A stretch of 63,193 nucleotides of DNA, filler included, from Octopus bimaculoides (Eukaryota): assembly GCF_001194135.2 (NCBI RefSeq). It is 8 parts of 8 records of this genome, joined end to end, with 100 filler letters (N's around TTAATTAATTAA, not from the genome) between each part and the next. Parts side by side here need not be neighbours in the genome. Positions count along the whole stretch, not along the records: positions 1 to 6,905 come from NC_068981.1; positions 7,006 to 20,332 come from NC_068988.1; 6 more parts are not named here. One strand, given 5' to 3'. This document shows, piece by piece, positions 1 through 11,424 of the stretch. Under the pieces are notes generated by a model, which saw nothing but the letters and a program-made list of their open reading frames with translations, did no database searches and had not been told where the DNA came from. Both the position numbers and the translations under genes were made by a program. Positions within the stretch are counted from its first letter, which is position 1, and every line of letters starts with the position of its first letter.

Positions 1-461
1 ATATATCAGAATATTTGCTATAACGATATTTCTGCTTCAGCAACTCAGCGCTGAATCTGTCTGATACATAATGGAAAATAGGTTAGTTTCAAAACATTGA
101 TGACCAGGTCACAAACATTTGGAGGGAATAGTAGTCATTTCCTTTGATTTCTAGATAGAAACAAATAGGAAATAACACTTACTGACTAAAAACAAAAAGA
201 TAAAAAGATTTTGTTGCACTGTGTAATTCACCTGAAAATATAATAAAATGGAAGAAAGTGAGTGAATATATTTGCTCGTTGCATGTGCTAATTACGAAAA
301 GAGGGCTTAATGGTAAGCTCCAAAAGCAAGATATTACTGCTTTTCTAGTCAGTTAAAGTCATATTATGAGAAATATGCAATAACTGATTTCAATTTAAAA
401 TTTAGGTTTTCATTTACTAGACAAAACTCTACAACTATTGAGTTCTTTCAAGCTGTTGAGC

Positions 462-582
462 ATAGTTGAAAAACACATAAATACATATATGTGTACATAC
501 TATAGGGTGACCAATAGTTATTGTACCAATTGGTCTCCCTATAGTGTGTACACATATATGTATTTATGTATTTTTCAACTAT
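462..582. mobile_element. 121-bp foldback (54-bp inverted arms, 13-nt loop); probable Tc1/mariner-type MITE
   Basis: 462-515 ATAGTTGAAAAACACATAAATACATATATGTGTACATACTATAGGGTGACCAAT is the reverse complement of 529-582 with 3 mismatches; ends read TA-GTTGAAAAA...TTTTTCAAC-TA, consistent with a TA target site. Confidence 0.65.
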
Positions 583-989
583 AATTAGACCATCAGACAT
601 ATGCCATGTAGTGAATGTTAACCTCAGTGTAGAAAGTAAATGGTCAGAAGGTCATTGACTTTCTACATCGAGGTTAACTTAGCCTTTCATCCTTCTGATA
701 TGGATGAGTAAAAGACTGGGATCAGTTCTTCTCTTATTCCCTCCCTCTTTCCCTCCCTCTTTCCCTCCCTCTTTCTGAATCAGATATGCTAACAGACGAA
801 CGAAGGGACTTCTCAGAATTTCCCCTTTCAACATAAAATGGAGGAGGGTTGAACTAACTTATCTTGCATGCTACAAACCCCGTCTCTAAAACCAACAAAA
901 CACAGCGGAATTGTACGAAATCGAATGGCTTAATAATACTGAATTAGTGAAGTAAAATTTCGTAATCAGTGAATTTCAGGTAAAATCTA

Positions 990-1322
990 GCATTCTCCGA
1001 TTTCTTGAAGGTGCATTCACAATAAGTTTTCGTATTACAAGATATTGGAGCAAAATTATTTTAATTACATTCTTTTATTGTGTGTGGTTGAAATTCTTAA
1101 GAGTTCAGCATTGAGATTAATGAAAATTTGACTTCGCCTTGTTAGCAAACTTCAAAATTGGTAAAAGTTATGGTTGAAAATCGATTTTTACAGTTATTCA
1201 TGGGTGCCTCTGAGAGAAAAAGTTGACGAAAATGCAGATAGGGTCATGACGAATGTCCTCCTAAAATTGGAGCGACATGCGTACTAATTTGTGGACGTGC
1301 ATAAATTACATTCACACACACA

Positions 1323-1376
<54 letters not shown>
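990..1376 (+). mobile_element. Possible Helentron/DINE-1-like non-autonomous element remnant
   Basis: Segment ...ATGTCCTCCTAAAATTGGAGCGACATGCG...GTGCATAAATTACATTCACACAC running into (CA)n resembles HINE/DINE-type 3' architecture; pattern recall only. Confidence 0.25.
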
Positions 1377-1597
1377 NNNNNNNNNNNNNNNNNNNNNNNN
1401 NNNNNNNNNNNNNNNNNNNNNNNNNNNNNNNNNNNNNNNNNNNNNNNNNNNNNNNNNNNNNNNNNNNNNNNNNNNNNNNNNNNNNNNNNNNNNNNNNNNN
1501 NNNNNNNNNNNNNNNNNNNNNNNNNNNNNNNNNNNNNNNNNNNNNNNNNNNNNNNNNNNNNNNNNNNNNNNNNNNNNNNNNNNNNNNNNNNNNNNNN

Positions 1598-3170
1598 AGA
1601 AGCATGTACACCCCTAAGAAACTACCATCACTGATAATATTGTAGGAAATAAAATGACATTTATACTGAATAAAATATATTATATATGCAAACATTATAC
1701 AAATTAGGAACACAAAACAATAAACATTTTCAAAGATACGAACGAAATATTTATTTTCAAACGATAGAAAAATATGTACACCCTAAAGGATTATTTGCTA
1801 TATTCAATATTTGGTGTGACCGCCCTTGCTTTCAATGACTGCATTAAGTCTTCTGGGCATAGAGTCGACTAAATTTCCGCATATAACCGATGAAATCGAC
1901 CTCCATTCATCCTGATATCTTTCAACTGTGTTACATTGCGGGTTTTTTCTCCTCAACTTTCTTTTTCAGAACACCCCACAGATGTTCTATTGGGTTTAAA
2001 TCAGGTGACATGGTAGGCCAAGTTAATACTTTGAACTTTTTATCTGATAAAAACTTAGTCGTCATCTTTGAAGTGTGTTTAGGGTCATTATCATGTTGGA
2101 ACAAGGAATATCTTCCTAGTTCCTTGATGCTTTTTAACATTGTTTTCTGCAATATATCACAATAAAGCCTTGAATCCATTGTTCTCTCAATGAATGTGAG
2201 TCCTCCCACACTAGCTGCACTCATGCATCCCCAAAGCATAATACTTGCGCCACCGTCTTTCACGGTAGGCACGGAGTATCTGTCGCTGTTATCTTCACCT
2301 GGTTGTCGCTATACTCGTTTAATACCATCTGACCCAAACAAGTTGATCTTAGTCTCGTCAGAAGAAAGAATTTTATTCCAAAACTCCTCCACCTTACTCT
2401 TCGGCAAAAGAAAGACAACTTAATTTATGTCTGGTACTGAAGAGAGGCTTCCTACAAGGAATGCGTCCATGAAGACCACACTGGTTCAAACTTTGGCGAA
2501 CTGTTTGGGCGGATACATTCTTTCTACTAACAGAAGACACTTCTTGCGCCAAAGATGAAGCGGTACGACGTCTATCGTCCATCAAGCAACGTTGCATGTG
2601 GTGAATATCACGCGTAGTTAAAACCTGGACGATGTTTATTAGTTAGCCGTTCAGTAGCTTTGTACTTCTGAATTTCTTTGGCAACTGTATTTACGCTAAC
2701 ATGCATTCGTTTGCTAATTAACTTGTATCCTAAACCATTCTTGTGCAAATTGAAAATAATTTTCTTCAAATCTTCAGACAATTCATTTCCTTTTGGTGCT
2801 ATTTTAATCACGGTGCACAAATCAGAATTTCCGCAGATGCAATAAGAAAGAGTGGTGCAAAAATGCCAAGAGAAATAATTTATTAAAATTGAAATTATCA
2901 GCAATATCTGGGTTTAGTAAAAAAAAAAGTGGATAAAATAATGAATATAGCAAATTTCCTTTAGAGTGTACATATTTTTATAACGTTTGAAAATTAATAT
3001 TTCGTTCATATCTTTGAAAATGTTTATTGTTTTGTGTTCCAAATTTATATAATGCTTGCATGTATATTTTATTTAGTATAAATTTTGTTTGATTTCCTTT
3101 GATATTATCAGAGTAATGGCGATTTAACTGAATTATTTTAGGGTTGTACATACTTCAGTGAGATACTGTA
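1598..3170 (-). mobile_element. Tc1-family DNA transposon with ~225-bp TIRs (left end lost in gap)
   Basis: Right TIR 2942-3168 ends ...CAGTGAGATACTG followed by TA (3169-3170); its reverse complement aligns with 1598-1806; encloses a decayed transposase. Confidence 0.95.
1804..2802 (-). pseudogene. Tc1 DD34E transposase pseudogene (frameshifts, start ATG changed to ATA)
   Basis: N-terminal APKGNELSEDLKKIIFNLHKNGLGYKLISK HTH; SDETKINLFGSDG (first D); FQHDNDPKHTS...SPDLNPIEHLW with 34 residues between D and E; C-terminus LNAVIESKGGHTKY* with TGA at 1806-1804. Confidence 0.92.
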
Positions 3171-3249
3171 TAAATAATTATATTAAATTAAATTCTAAGA
3201 AATGTTAGCTACCGAAGTACACGTTATTTCCAGTCGTATGTTTACTATA

Positions 3250-3790
3250 TATTTACTTGTATAGTTAAGAAGCGAAACTCATGTTGGAAACCTTATAGAA
3301 CACATCAATATTCACAGAGAATGTGTTGGAAACAAATTCGCGGACGCAAGCTACAAGAGGAAGGACTGAGAGGAACCTTCGGATATAAGAGGGAGACAGC
3401 CTATAGACAAGCAAATTATTCGGTGGTTCTCGTTTTCGATTTGGTCGGAGGTTTTGGTAATGTCAGGGATACCAATATGGCTTCCCCTGAGAGTCTGAAG
3501 GCAAAGCAGCATTGGTGCGCGACCTAGGAAAGTAAACCTTCGACAGATATGATCCAACGAATAACCAATGGAAGAAATAGGCAGTAAAAAGATTTTGTTA
3601 GTGTAGCATGTTAAACAACTGCAGAATTTTACATGCTACACACAAGGCTTTCTCATATTGCGATAAATTCTACAAGAGAAATAAAGACTAAAAAATTTAA
3701 TGAGAACAGCATCTAGCTCTGAGTTTTAGTATAATAGAGATAACGCTCTCATGACTAATCCTCTTATTGGTTTGAAGTTACCGATAAATG
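3250..3790 (-). mobile_element. Degraded CR1/Jockey-type LINE reverse-transcriptase fragment
   Basis: Minus-strand reading HQCCFAFRLSGEAILVSL/DITKTSDQI resembles the RT motif ...GESFVVALDISKAFDRV; upstream IILK.SELDAVLIKFFSL; multiple stops and frameshifts. Confidence 0.55.
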
Positions 3791-3825
3791 CTTCCTTTGA
3801 TATTATCCATTTTGTAGTTGTTGTT

Positions 3826-3938
3826 GCGTACTGGGAGTAAATCGGATGAAGTTAGGAAGTAACGGCAGCCGTGGAAACGTTGATCTAATCGACTGTCCAC
3901 CTCCCCCAAACTTTCGGGCCTTGTGCCTAGAGTAGAAA
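3826..3938 (+). mobile_element. SINE family C, 3' fragment, followed by (TG)n/gap/(AG)n
   Basis: GATCTAATCGACTGTCCACCTCCCCCAAACTTTCGGGCCTTGTGCCTAGAGTAGAAAG matches the 3' end of the copy at 25984-26218. Confidence 0.75.
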
Positions 3939-3966
3939 GGTGTACGTGTGTGTGTGTGTGTATGTG

Positions 3967-4008
<42 letters not shown>

Positions 4009-4252
4009 NNNNNNNNNNNNNNNNNNNNNNNNNNNNNNNNNNNNNNNNNNNNNNNNNNNNNNNNNNNNNNNNNNNNNNNNNNNNNNNNNNNNNNNNNNNN
4101 NNNNNNNNNNNNNNNNNNNNNNNNNNNNNNNNNNNNNNNNNNNNNNNNNNNNNNNNNNNNNNNNNNNNNNNNNNNNNNNNNNNNNNNNNNNNNNNNNNNN
4201 NNNNNNNNNNNNNNNNNNNNNNNNNNNNNNNNNNNNNNNNNNNNNNNNNNNN

Positions 4253-4305
<53 letters not shown>

Positions 4306-4389
4306 AACCGACAGATAGACAGGCATAGGAGAGATCGATTGAGGAGTTTGATGATATACAGGTTACCTCTTGGGCGCTTTCTCTGAGAA

Positions 4390-5130
4390 TAATGGAAAAG
4401 ACATTGTCGGGAATAGTGACCTTATTTGGATAGAAGTGACCGAAGTGTTTTTTCACTAAAAGTATATGTAGTGATGAGCCTGGTCGAGTGGAAAGAGGTA
4501 GTGATGGAAGAGTTTTAACTAGTGTACGCAGTGTTTCTACAAAGTGGGCAGCAAATGTGAAGTTGTTTTCCGTTGCTGAGAAATGGAGGAAAATAAGATA
4601 GCGCAAAGTTGGTAGACATAATAGGATCGGCGCAATTCGATTCACAGAGGTAGTTTTCGCGGTTCAAACGATGATCTTGAATTTCACTAAAGGTAAAAGC
4701 CGTCCAATTTCTATGATTTTCCCCAGGCTGTATAGACAATGTTCTTTGCTTTACCCACAGCTATGTGTGAATCACTTAGGTGACTTAGAAGTTGTGAGTT
4801 TTGGCACGCAGAGGGATATACCAAAGATGATGGTTTCAATCAGATTCCAAGCCAGGAGTTAAACGCATATGTTGTTATAGAACTAGAGGAACGCCGATAA
4901 GTCAGATGACTTGAAGGACCATAGAGTGCATGAGGTTCGGGACTTGTTGCATTATACGTAAATGTGCAATGAGTTGCTGCGATGAGTTCGTGGTCAGTAC
5001 AGACACAGTGAGAGCTTGGCAGATAGTGGGGTTGAAGTAAAGAGATTAGCAGTGTCTGATGTGTCTATGTAACTGCCAGGAATGAGTATAGGGGATGAAG
5101 CTAATTAATATAAAAGCTTCTCGTTCTTCG
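4390..5130 (-). mobile_element. Highly degraded LINE remnant (APE-endonuclease/linker region), likely the same element as 3250-3790
   Basis: Minus-strand SSPILIPGSY (GDFN-like position) and CTDHELI (SDH-like motif); same orientation and expected order relative to the RT fragment. Confidence 0.35.
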
Positions 5131-5698
5131 ACGAAAATGATGATTTAAGAGAGAGGAGATACTGTATTTCCCTTTTCCCCTCCGTTTACTTAACGGGCAG
5201 GGTCTGAAATTTATTGATTGAAGACTAATAAAAATAGTAACTCCCCCATACAAACAATGTATTCATGATTTTTAAGTTAGTTTGCTAAGTGTCATGTACA
5301 AACTTTCAGCCGTTGAATATCAATTGTCTATCTATCTACACACACGCATACACCCCCCCCCGCCCTCTGAATACTTGTGTGAAATTTTACAGGAAGCAAA
5401 CTAAGAAAGTAGCATAAAATTAAAAACTCATAGAAAATAAACGTCTGGTTATATTTAGAGAAATCTGATTTTATAATGTAGAATAACTATCTTATACTGC
5501 CTTATGCTGCTCCTTACCTTCGTGTAAAAAAAATATAGCTATTTTGTTTAACATCACTGGATAATTGACAAGGGAAAACATTCATGCATTCTTTGCAAAG
5601 TAAGTTAAGAATTCTCATGACATACTACCCATGAAAGTTCTTCGTGACCTTTCCAATAAAATTATTTGTGATATATATTATTATATTCATGATACATA

Positions 5699-5737
<39 letters not shown>

Positions 5738-5744
5738 AAAAGAT

Positions 5745-6860
5745 TTGTAAAAGTACTACAAACACATATGACAAACACATTGACGACGATCCAATAGCTA
5801 GAAATAGCAGCAACTTCACCCCTACAAAAGGAAAGAATAAAGCCCTCGACCAATTCTGTGAGCACATCCCCAATTACCCTTATCAACTCACAAATAAACA
5901 AAAACACAGACCAAACTTCAACAAGAGACAATGGAACGACCTTAACGAACTAAAAAGAAGATAAAACCATAACAATTAAAGAGGCAGATAAAGGTAACGC
6001 AGTAGTCCTAATGAACACGAGGGACTATAAAAACCTAGTACTATATTTATTAGATGATGAGACATATTACGAAAAGGCCCCACACTATAACCAACATAAA
6101 ATAATGAATAATCTCAGGACATTAATTAACTCATACCGGGATGGACTCACAGACAAGGAATACGATTACATTACCAACTTTAAGAGTAAATCAAGTTTAT
6201 TCTACGGCATCCCCAAAATCCACAAAAGCAGAATAATAAGCGATGCATGCAAAGGAGCTACAGACATAATTATCAAGGTCCCCTCACCTGATGACCTGAA
6301 ACTAAGACATGTGAAATCCTCCGCCTCAGCAGCTTCCTGGATACTCTACTGAAACCCTTCCTAAAACACATTAAGAGCTTTATAAGGGATGACCTGGACT
6401 TGCTAAACCACCTCCCAAAAACGGTCAATGAAAAAACACTACTAGTATCCTTCGACGTAGTCAACCTATATTCAAACATCCCCTCAAGTAAGAGGCAACC
6501 AAAATCAATGAAAAATATTTTAACCCAGATCAAATTACATTCAACAATAACCACTAAACCTACAGTAAAAAAATGCGGGAGACCCAACTGTGGGATTTGT
6601 ATCAACGTAATAGAAGGATCAGAACATCGATTAGAACAAGGCCATAATTTCACAGTAAAAACTAATTTTACATGTGCATCGGAGAACTTGATCTACCTAA
6701 TTACATGCTCTGGATGCAAACGGCAATATATTGGACACACTAAAACAGCCTACGTCAGAGGATGGCGGTACACAAATCCCAAATTAGGATCCCAGAAAAC
6801 AGGAAAATACATCTCAGCCAACACATCGACGAATGTGCTTACAACAAATTTCCCAAAATC
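5745..6860 (+). mobile_element. Penelope-like element, internally deleted (RT N-half fused to GIY-YIG region)
   Basis: IKEADKGNAVV, FYGIPKIHKS, LLVSFDVVNLYSNIP, then directly SKRQPKS...CGRPNCGIC...NLIYLITCSGCKRQYIGHT (GIY-YIG). The GTAMG, YLDD and thumb segments are absent. Confidence 0.92.
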
Positions 6861-6874
6861 ACTTCACCACGACG

Positions 6875-6905
<31 letters not shown>

Positions 6906-7139
6906 NNNNNNNNNNNNNNNNNNNNNNNNNNNNNNNNNNNNNNNNNNNNTTAATTAATTAANNNNNNNNNNNNNNNNNNNNNNNNNNNNNNNNNNNNNNN
7001 NNNNNAAGAAGAAGAAGAAGAAGAAGAAGAAGAAGAAGAAGAAGAAGAAGAAGAAGAAGAAGAAGATAAGAAGAAGAAGAAGATATGAAGAAGAAGATAA
7101 TGTGCTATGATAGTAGTAGGATGTTAAATGGTCAAGTGA

Positions 7140-9960
7140 CCTAAAAGTGGCTCATTGTGGATTATAGCAGTGATTGGGACTGTTTTTAATGAATTCTTGG
7201 GTATCTCTTTTGAATGAATCATTTTTAATATTTGTGTGTGTGTGTGTTATTCTAAGGTCGTGGTGGATATGTCATTTGTTGTAGATGCATTCAAAAGGGA
7301 TCTGTATTTTGTAATAAAGAGAGACTCTTTACTAATTCATTGACTACAGGTTGTATCGTCCCTGAATTGATAGAGGGGAAAAATTCTGAAGCTTGGATTT
7401 TTGTTATTGGTGCAAATGTCGATGTGTTGGCCGAATGCTATTTTTCTGTTCTTTTGAATTTTGATCTGGGATCTGTGCAGAGCCATCTTTTGACGTAGAC
7501 TGTTTTTTGTTTGGCCTATGTATTGCTCTTGACACCCAGAGCAAGTTAGTGCATATATCAGGTTCTCTGAAGCACATGTGAAGCTGCTTTTCACTGTGAA
7601 ACGTTGTCCCTGTTTGAAGGAGAACGCTGATCCCTCAATTAAATTGACGCATATCCCACAGTTGGGTCTTCCGTATTTTTTTACTGATGGCCTCAGTATT
7701 GTTGTTGAGTGTATTCGGGCTTGTGTTAGGAGATTTTCATAGATTTGGGCTGTCTCTTGCTTTTTATGATGTTTGGAGGATAAAGTTCATTCTGTGGTCC
7801 TTTTTTAGCAGGGGAATGTATTGAAGGATGGTATCGAAGGCTTCATTGTTGAGAGGGTTATGTGTAGAGATGTATGGTAGGGCTTTTGGTTGTAAATCCT
7901 TCTTTAATTTGGGTTGTCTGAGTTCATGGATGTTGAGTTGTAGGGGACGTTGAAAACATATGTCAATTAGTGATGAGTGTATCCTTTAGTTCATGTAATC
8001 ATGTGTCCCTGGTGCTTGCATTAGAAACTAATGTAATATCCCTTTTGCTAGGTCGAAGGGGATGTTCATTCTGGTGTGTCTGGGGTGGCATGAGTTGAAC
8101 GGTAGATATTGCTTGGAGTCCATGGGCTTATAGTATATATCTGTTTCTATTATGTTGTTAGATTTCTTAATGAGGATGTCGAGGAAGGGAAGTTGTTGAT
8201 GGCTATATTCCATTGTGAATTGAATGTTTATGTCAAGTCCATTTATAAGTGCTTGAAATTCTTTAAGTCTCTCTATACTTTCATGCCAAAGAATGAAACA
8301 GTCATCCAGGTATCTCTTCCAGTTATTTTCTATGTAGAGGGAGAATGGGTTGCTGTATTTTTCTAGAACCTTATGATAAAGGTTAATTTCTAGATATCCC
8401 ATGACTAAGTTAGCAAAGGAAGGAGCCATTCTCGTATCCATTGCAGTCCCTGATTTTTGTCAATAGAAGTTGTCTTTGAAGACGAAGTAGTTATTCTCCA
8501 AGATAAATTTTAGCCCTTCTATCACAAATTCTTTTTTGATGTGATGTGGGAGTTCATTTGCGTAATTCTCTAACCAGAATTGAATTCCTCTATTCCTAGG
8601 TTGTGGAGGATGTTGGAATAGAGGTTGACTACATCAAAGGATACTAGTAGGGTGTTTTTGTTTATTGTTTCAGGAAGGTGATTGAGCATATCCAGGTCAT
8701 CCCTTATGGAGCTTTTGACATGCTTGAGAAATAGTTTTAAGAGAGTATCTAAAAAGTTACTGAGGCAGTGGGTTTTGCATGTGAGACCTGCTATTATAGG
8801 TCTCAATTTGAGGTCATTAGGAGTAGAGACTTTGATTATTACGTCTGTGGCTATCATGCATGCATTACTTATTTTCTCACTTTTGTGTATCTTGGGAATA
8901 CCATAGAATTGACTGGTTTTACTTTTGAAATTGGTCATATAGTCATATTCTCTGTCGGTGAGCCCTTCTCTGCATAGGTTTGACATGGATTTTAGGTCTC
9001 TCATTATTTTCGGCTGACTGTGGTGTTGGGCCTTTTCATAATAGGTTGTCTTTTAATATAGATAGTACTAGAATTATATAGTATACTGTGTCCATTAAGA
9101 CAACTGCACTCCCTTTATAAGCCTCTTTGATTGTTATGTTTTGTCATCTTTTAATTTGGCTCAGCCCATTCTTTTTTGCTGAAGTTTGGTTTGTGTTTTT
9201 GTTTGTGCTTATGTTGATATGGGTAATTCAAGAAGTATTCACAGAAATGATCAAGAGTTTTGTTTTTACCTTTTGAGTGGGTGTGGTTACTTTTATTTCA
9301 GATCAACGATTCATCCTTATTATATTTGTTGTATAGCTCCTCAGCAAGTTGTAACTTTCTACAGAATTCCGTGATGTCTTCTTTCATTTCGTTGTAGTTG
9401 GGGCGTTGTGGGGTGGGTGTAAACTTGAGCCCTTTGGAGAGTATATTGATTTGGTTTGCTGTTAGTTCTTTGTGAGTTAGATTGATAATTTTTATCACTC
9501 TTGATTCCTCCTGTCTGTTTGGTGCTATCTTGTGTCTCTGTGTTTGCATATTGGGTCTAAAAAAGGATTGCGGTGGTTGGGACAGTAGCTGTTATGCAGT
9601 TGTTTCTTATTGTTGCGGGGTGCTGTGTTGTGATTTATGGAGTGGGCTCTTGGAACGGTATTGAAAGGTGTGTCCCAATATCCCATGTTCGGATGTGGTG
9701 TTTTAGGGGGCTGTCGTTGGTAATTATTGCGTGTTGTATGGGTTTGTTGTGCTTGGTTGTTTAGTAGATTGTTGGAACAAAAATTTCGTTGGTAACTCCT
9801 TATGGGATGGGGTAGGTTGCAATGTCTATCCTGTGGGTAGTTATTTTTCCTTTCTCTGTTTGAAGTTGGAGTACTCCCGACATTGTATTGTCGGTGGCTT
9901 ACAAAGTTAGGGTTAGGTCCTGTATTCTTTTTTTGGTAGGGGTGATGGTTCCGTTTACAA
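7140..9960 (-). mobile_element. Near full-length Penelope-like retroelement (RT + GIY-YIG endonuclease), pseudogenised
   Basis: IINLTHKEL..ILSKGLKFTPTP; FYGIPKIHKS; LRPIIAG; VSFDVVNLYSNI; TAMDTRMAPSFANL; RYLDDCF (8301-8312); TDIYYKP..SCHPRH; NLIYALTCSGCQEQYIGQTKNSLRQKM; split by frameshifts and stops. Confidence 0.96.
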
Positions 9961-10205
9961 ATATATGTTTGCTATAATGAATCCATAAACACATACACAA
10001 CATCGAAAGGTATATTTCTTTCCCTCTGAAGATATTATGATCAGGTCATATAAATTTATTATTTACTTAAAATTTACTGAATATTAATTGAAACAGCTGT
10101 AAGGGACGATGATTAATTTGCTGTTAATAATAAATTATTATTAACTTTCCAAACTCCATTTTCTTTTTCTTCTTATNNNNNNNNNNNNNNNNNNNNNNNN
10201 NNNNN

Positions 10206-10239
<34 letters not shown>

Positions 10240-11424
10240 TATACCAACATACTAATACAAATATCCTATATTAAAGATACAAATCTGAGTTATAATGTGT
10301 GCATGCAAGTGTGTGTGGTTATATATATACTGAACTTTTGATGTTGGGTCGATTGTGATGGTTAAGAAGGAAGATTGTCCAAAGAAACCTTACTCCACAA
10401 TTAAATTTTCATTGTAGAAATGTATGTATTAACTCCAAAACATGTTTTATTCATAGCAACAATTACATCTGAATGTAACAGAAAATGTGTTGTGTATTTT
10501 ATATGAGTCTCAATGGATATCAGTATCTAAGAATATTTAACAGAAGAAAGTTCTGATTGAATAGGGCTTCAGCCCAGAATCAAATAGTATGAAAAGTTGC
10601 AGAACTGGTTAGAACTCAAAATGAAAATATGCTGACATGAGTGTTATGAAACACAGAATACATAAGCTTGTGGATACAGGCCAAATTAAGAGTATATGTA
10701 TGTGTACATACAAAACAGATGATAGTCAATCATTAAGTTTGTTAACATTTTAATATTATATGATAATTGTAAACAAGTAGCTGATGCAGAGCTGTTACAA
10801 TGGTGAAATCATGGAATGCCTAATGCATCAAATAACAAGTGGAACTAGTGTGAGCAAAATAATAATGAACGAAAATGTCTTGAATTTGAAGGTTGGAAAT
10901 ACTTGATTGGTTATTCTTCTGTGAAATGCTTTATGAGTTGGTTGTTGCACTTGATATGAAACAAAAACTGCTGTTTCTGATGCTTGAATTGATCCTTTGG
11001 AAAGGTGCTACTTGTTATGTGTTTAGTTTCCAAGTTGACATAGGTATAATTAACTTCCTATATATAACTTTGAACCTAAAGGATAGTAAGTATCTACTAT
11101 ACAACAAACTCTGAACAGCCTCCCAATACAATAAAAAAATCAGTTTACAATATAAGAACACCTAACGTATACTCAGAGTAAACAACTTCAAAAATGCTGC
11201 CAGAGTATTCAAAGAAGAAAAAAATCATAGACTTTTCGAAGCACAAGCCATAATAAAACAAACATAGATAATACTAAATTATCTTGTTTAATATGACCTT
11301 TAACAAAAAATGGAAAATCTCACATACTGCTAGCAATCTCTTTACTCTAGTTAAAAACAACAACAAAACTACAAACTTACCAATGTGTAAGATATGCCAT
11401 AATTTCTGAAACAAGTAAGTTAGC

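Noticed and set aside
5610-5650. CTCATGA...GAAAGTTC upstream of the plus-strand Penelope as a possible hammerhead
   Set aside because: Core mismatched, no convincing stem II, and the stem I closing pair fails.
6950-6961. TTAATTAATTAA islands inside N-runs (also near 20377, 37551, 46464, 54883, 57502, 61272)
   Set aside because: An identical palindromic 12-mer with stops in all six frames, always flanked by Ns; an assembly spacer, not biology.
9990-10050. CTGAAGA / CTGATCA near the 5' end of the minus-strand Penelope
   Set aside because: No correctly placed GAAA or stems on either strand.
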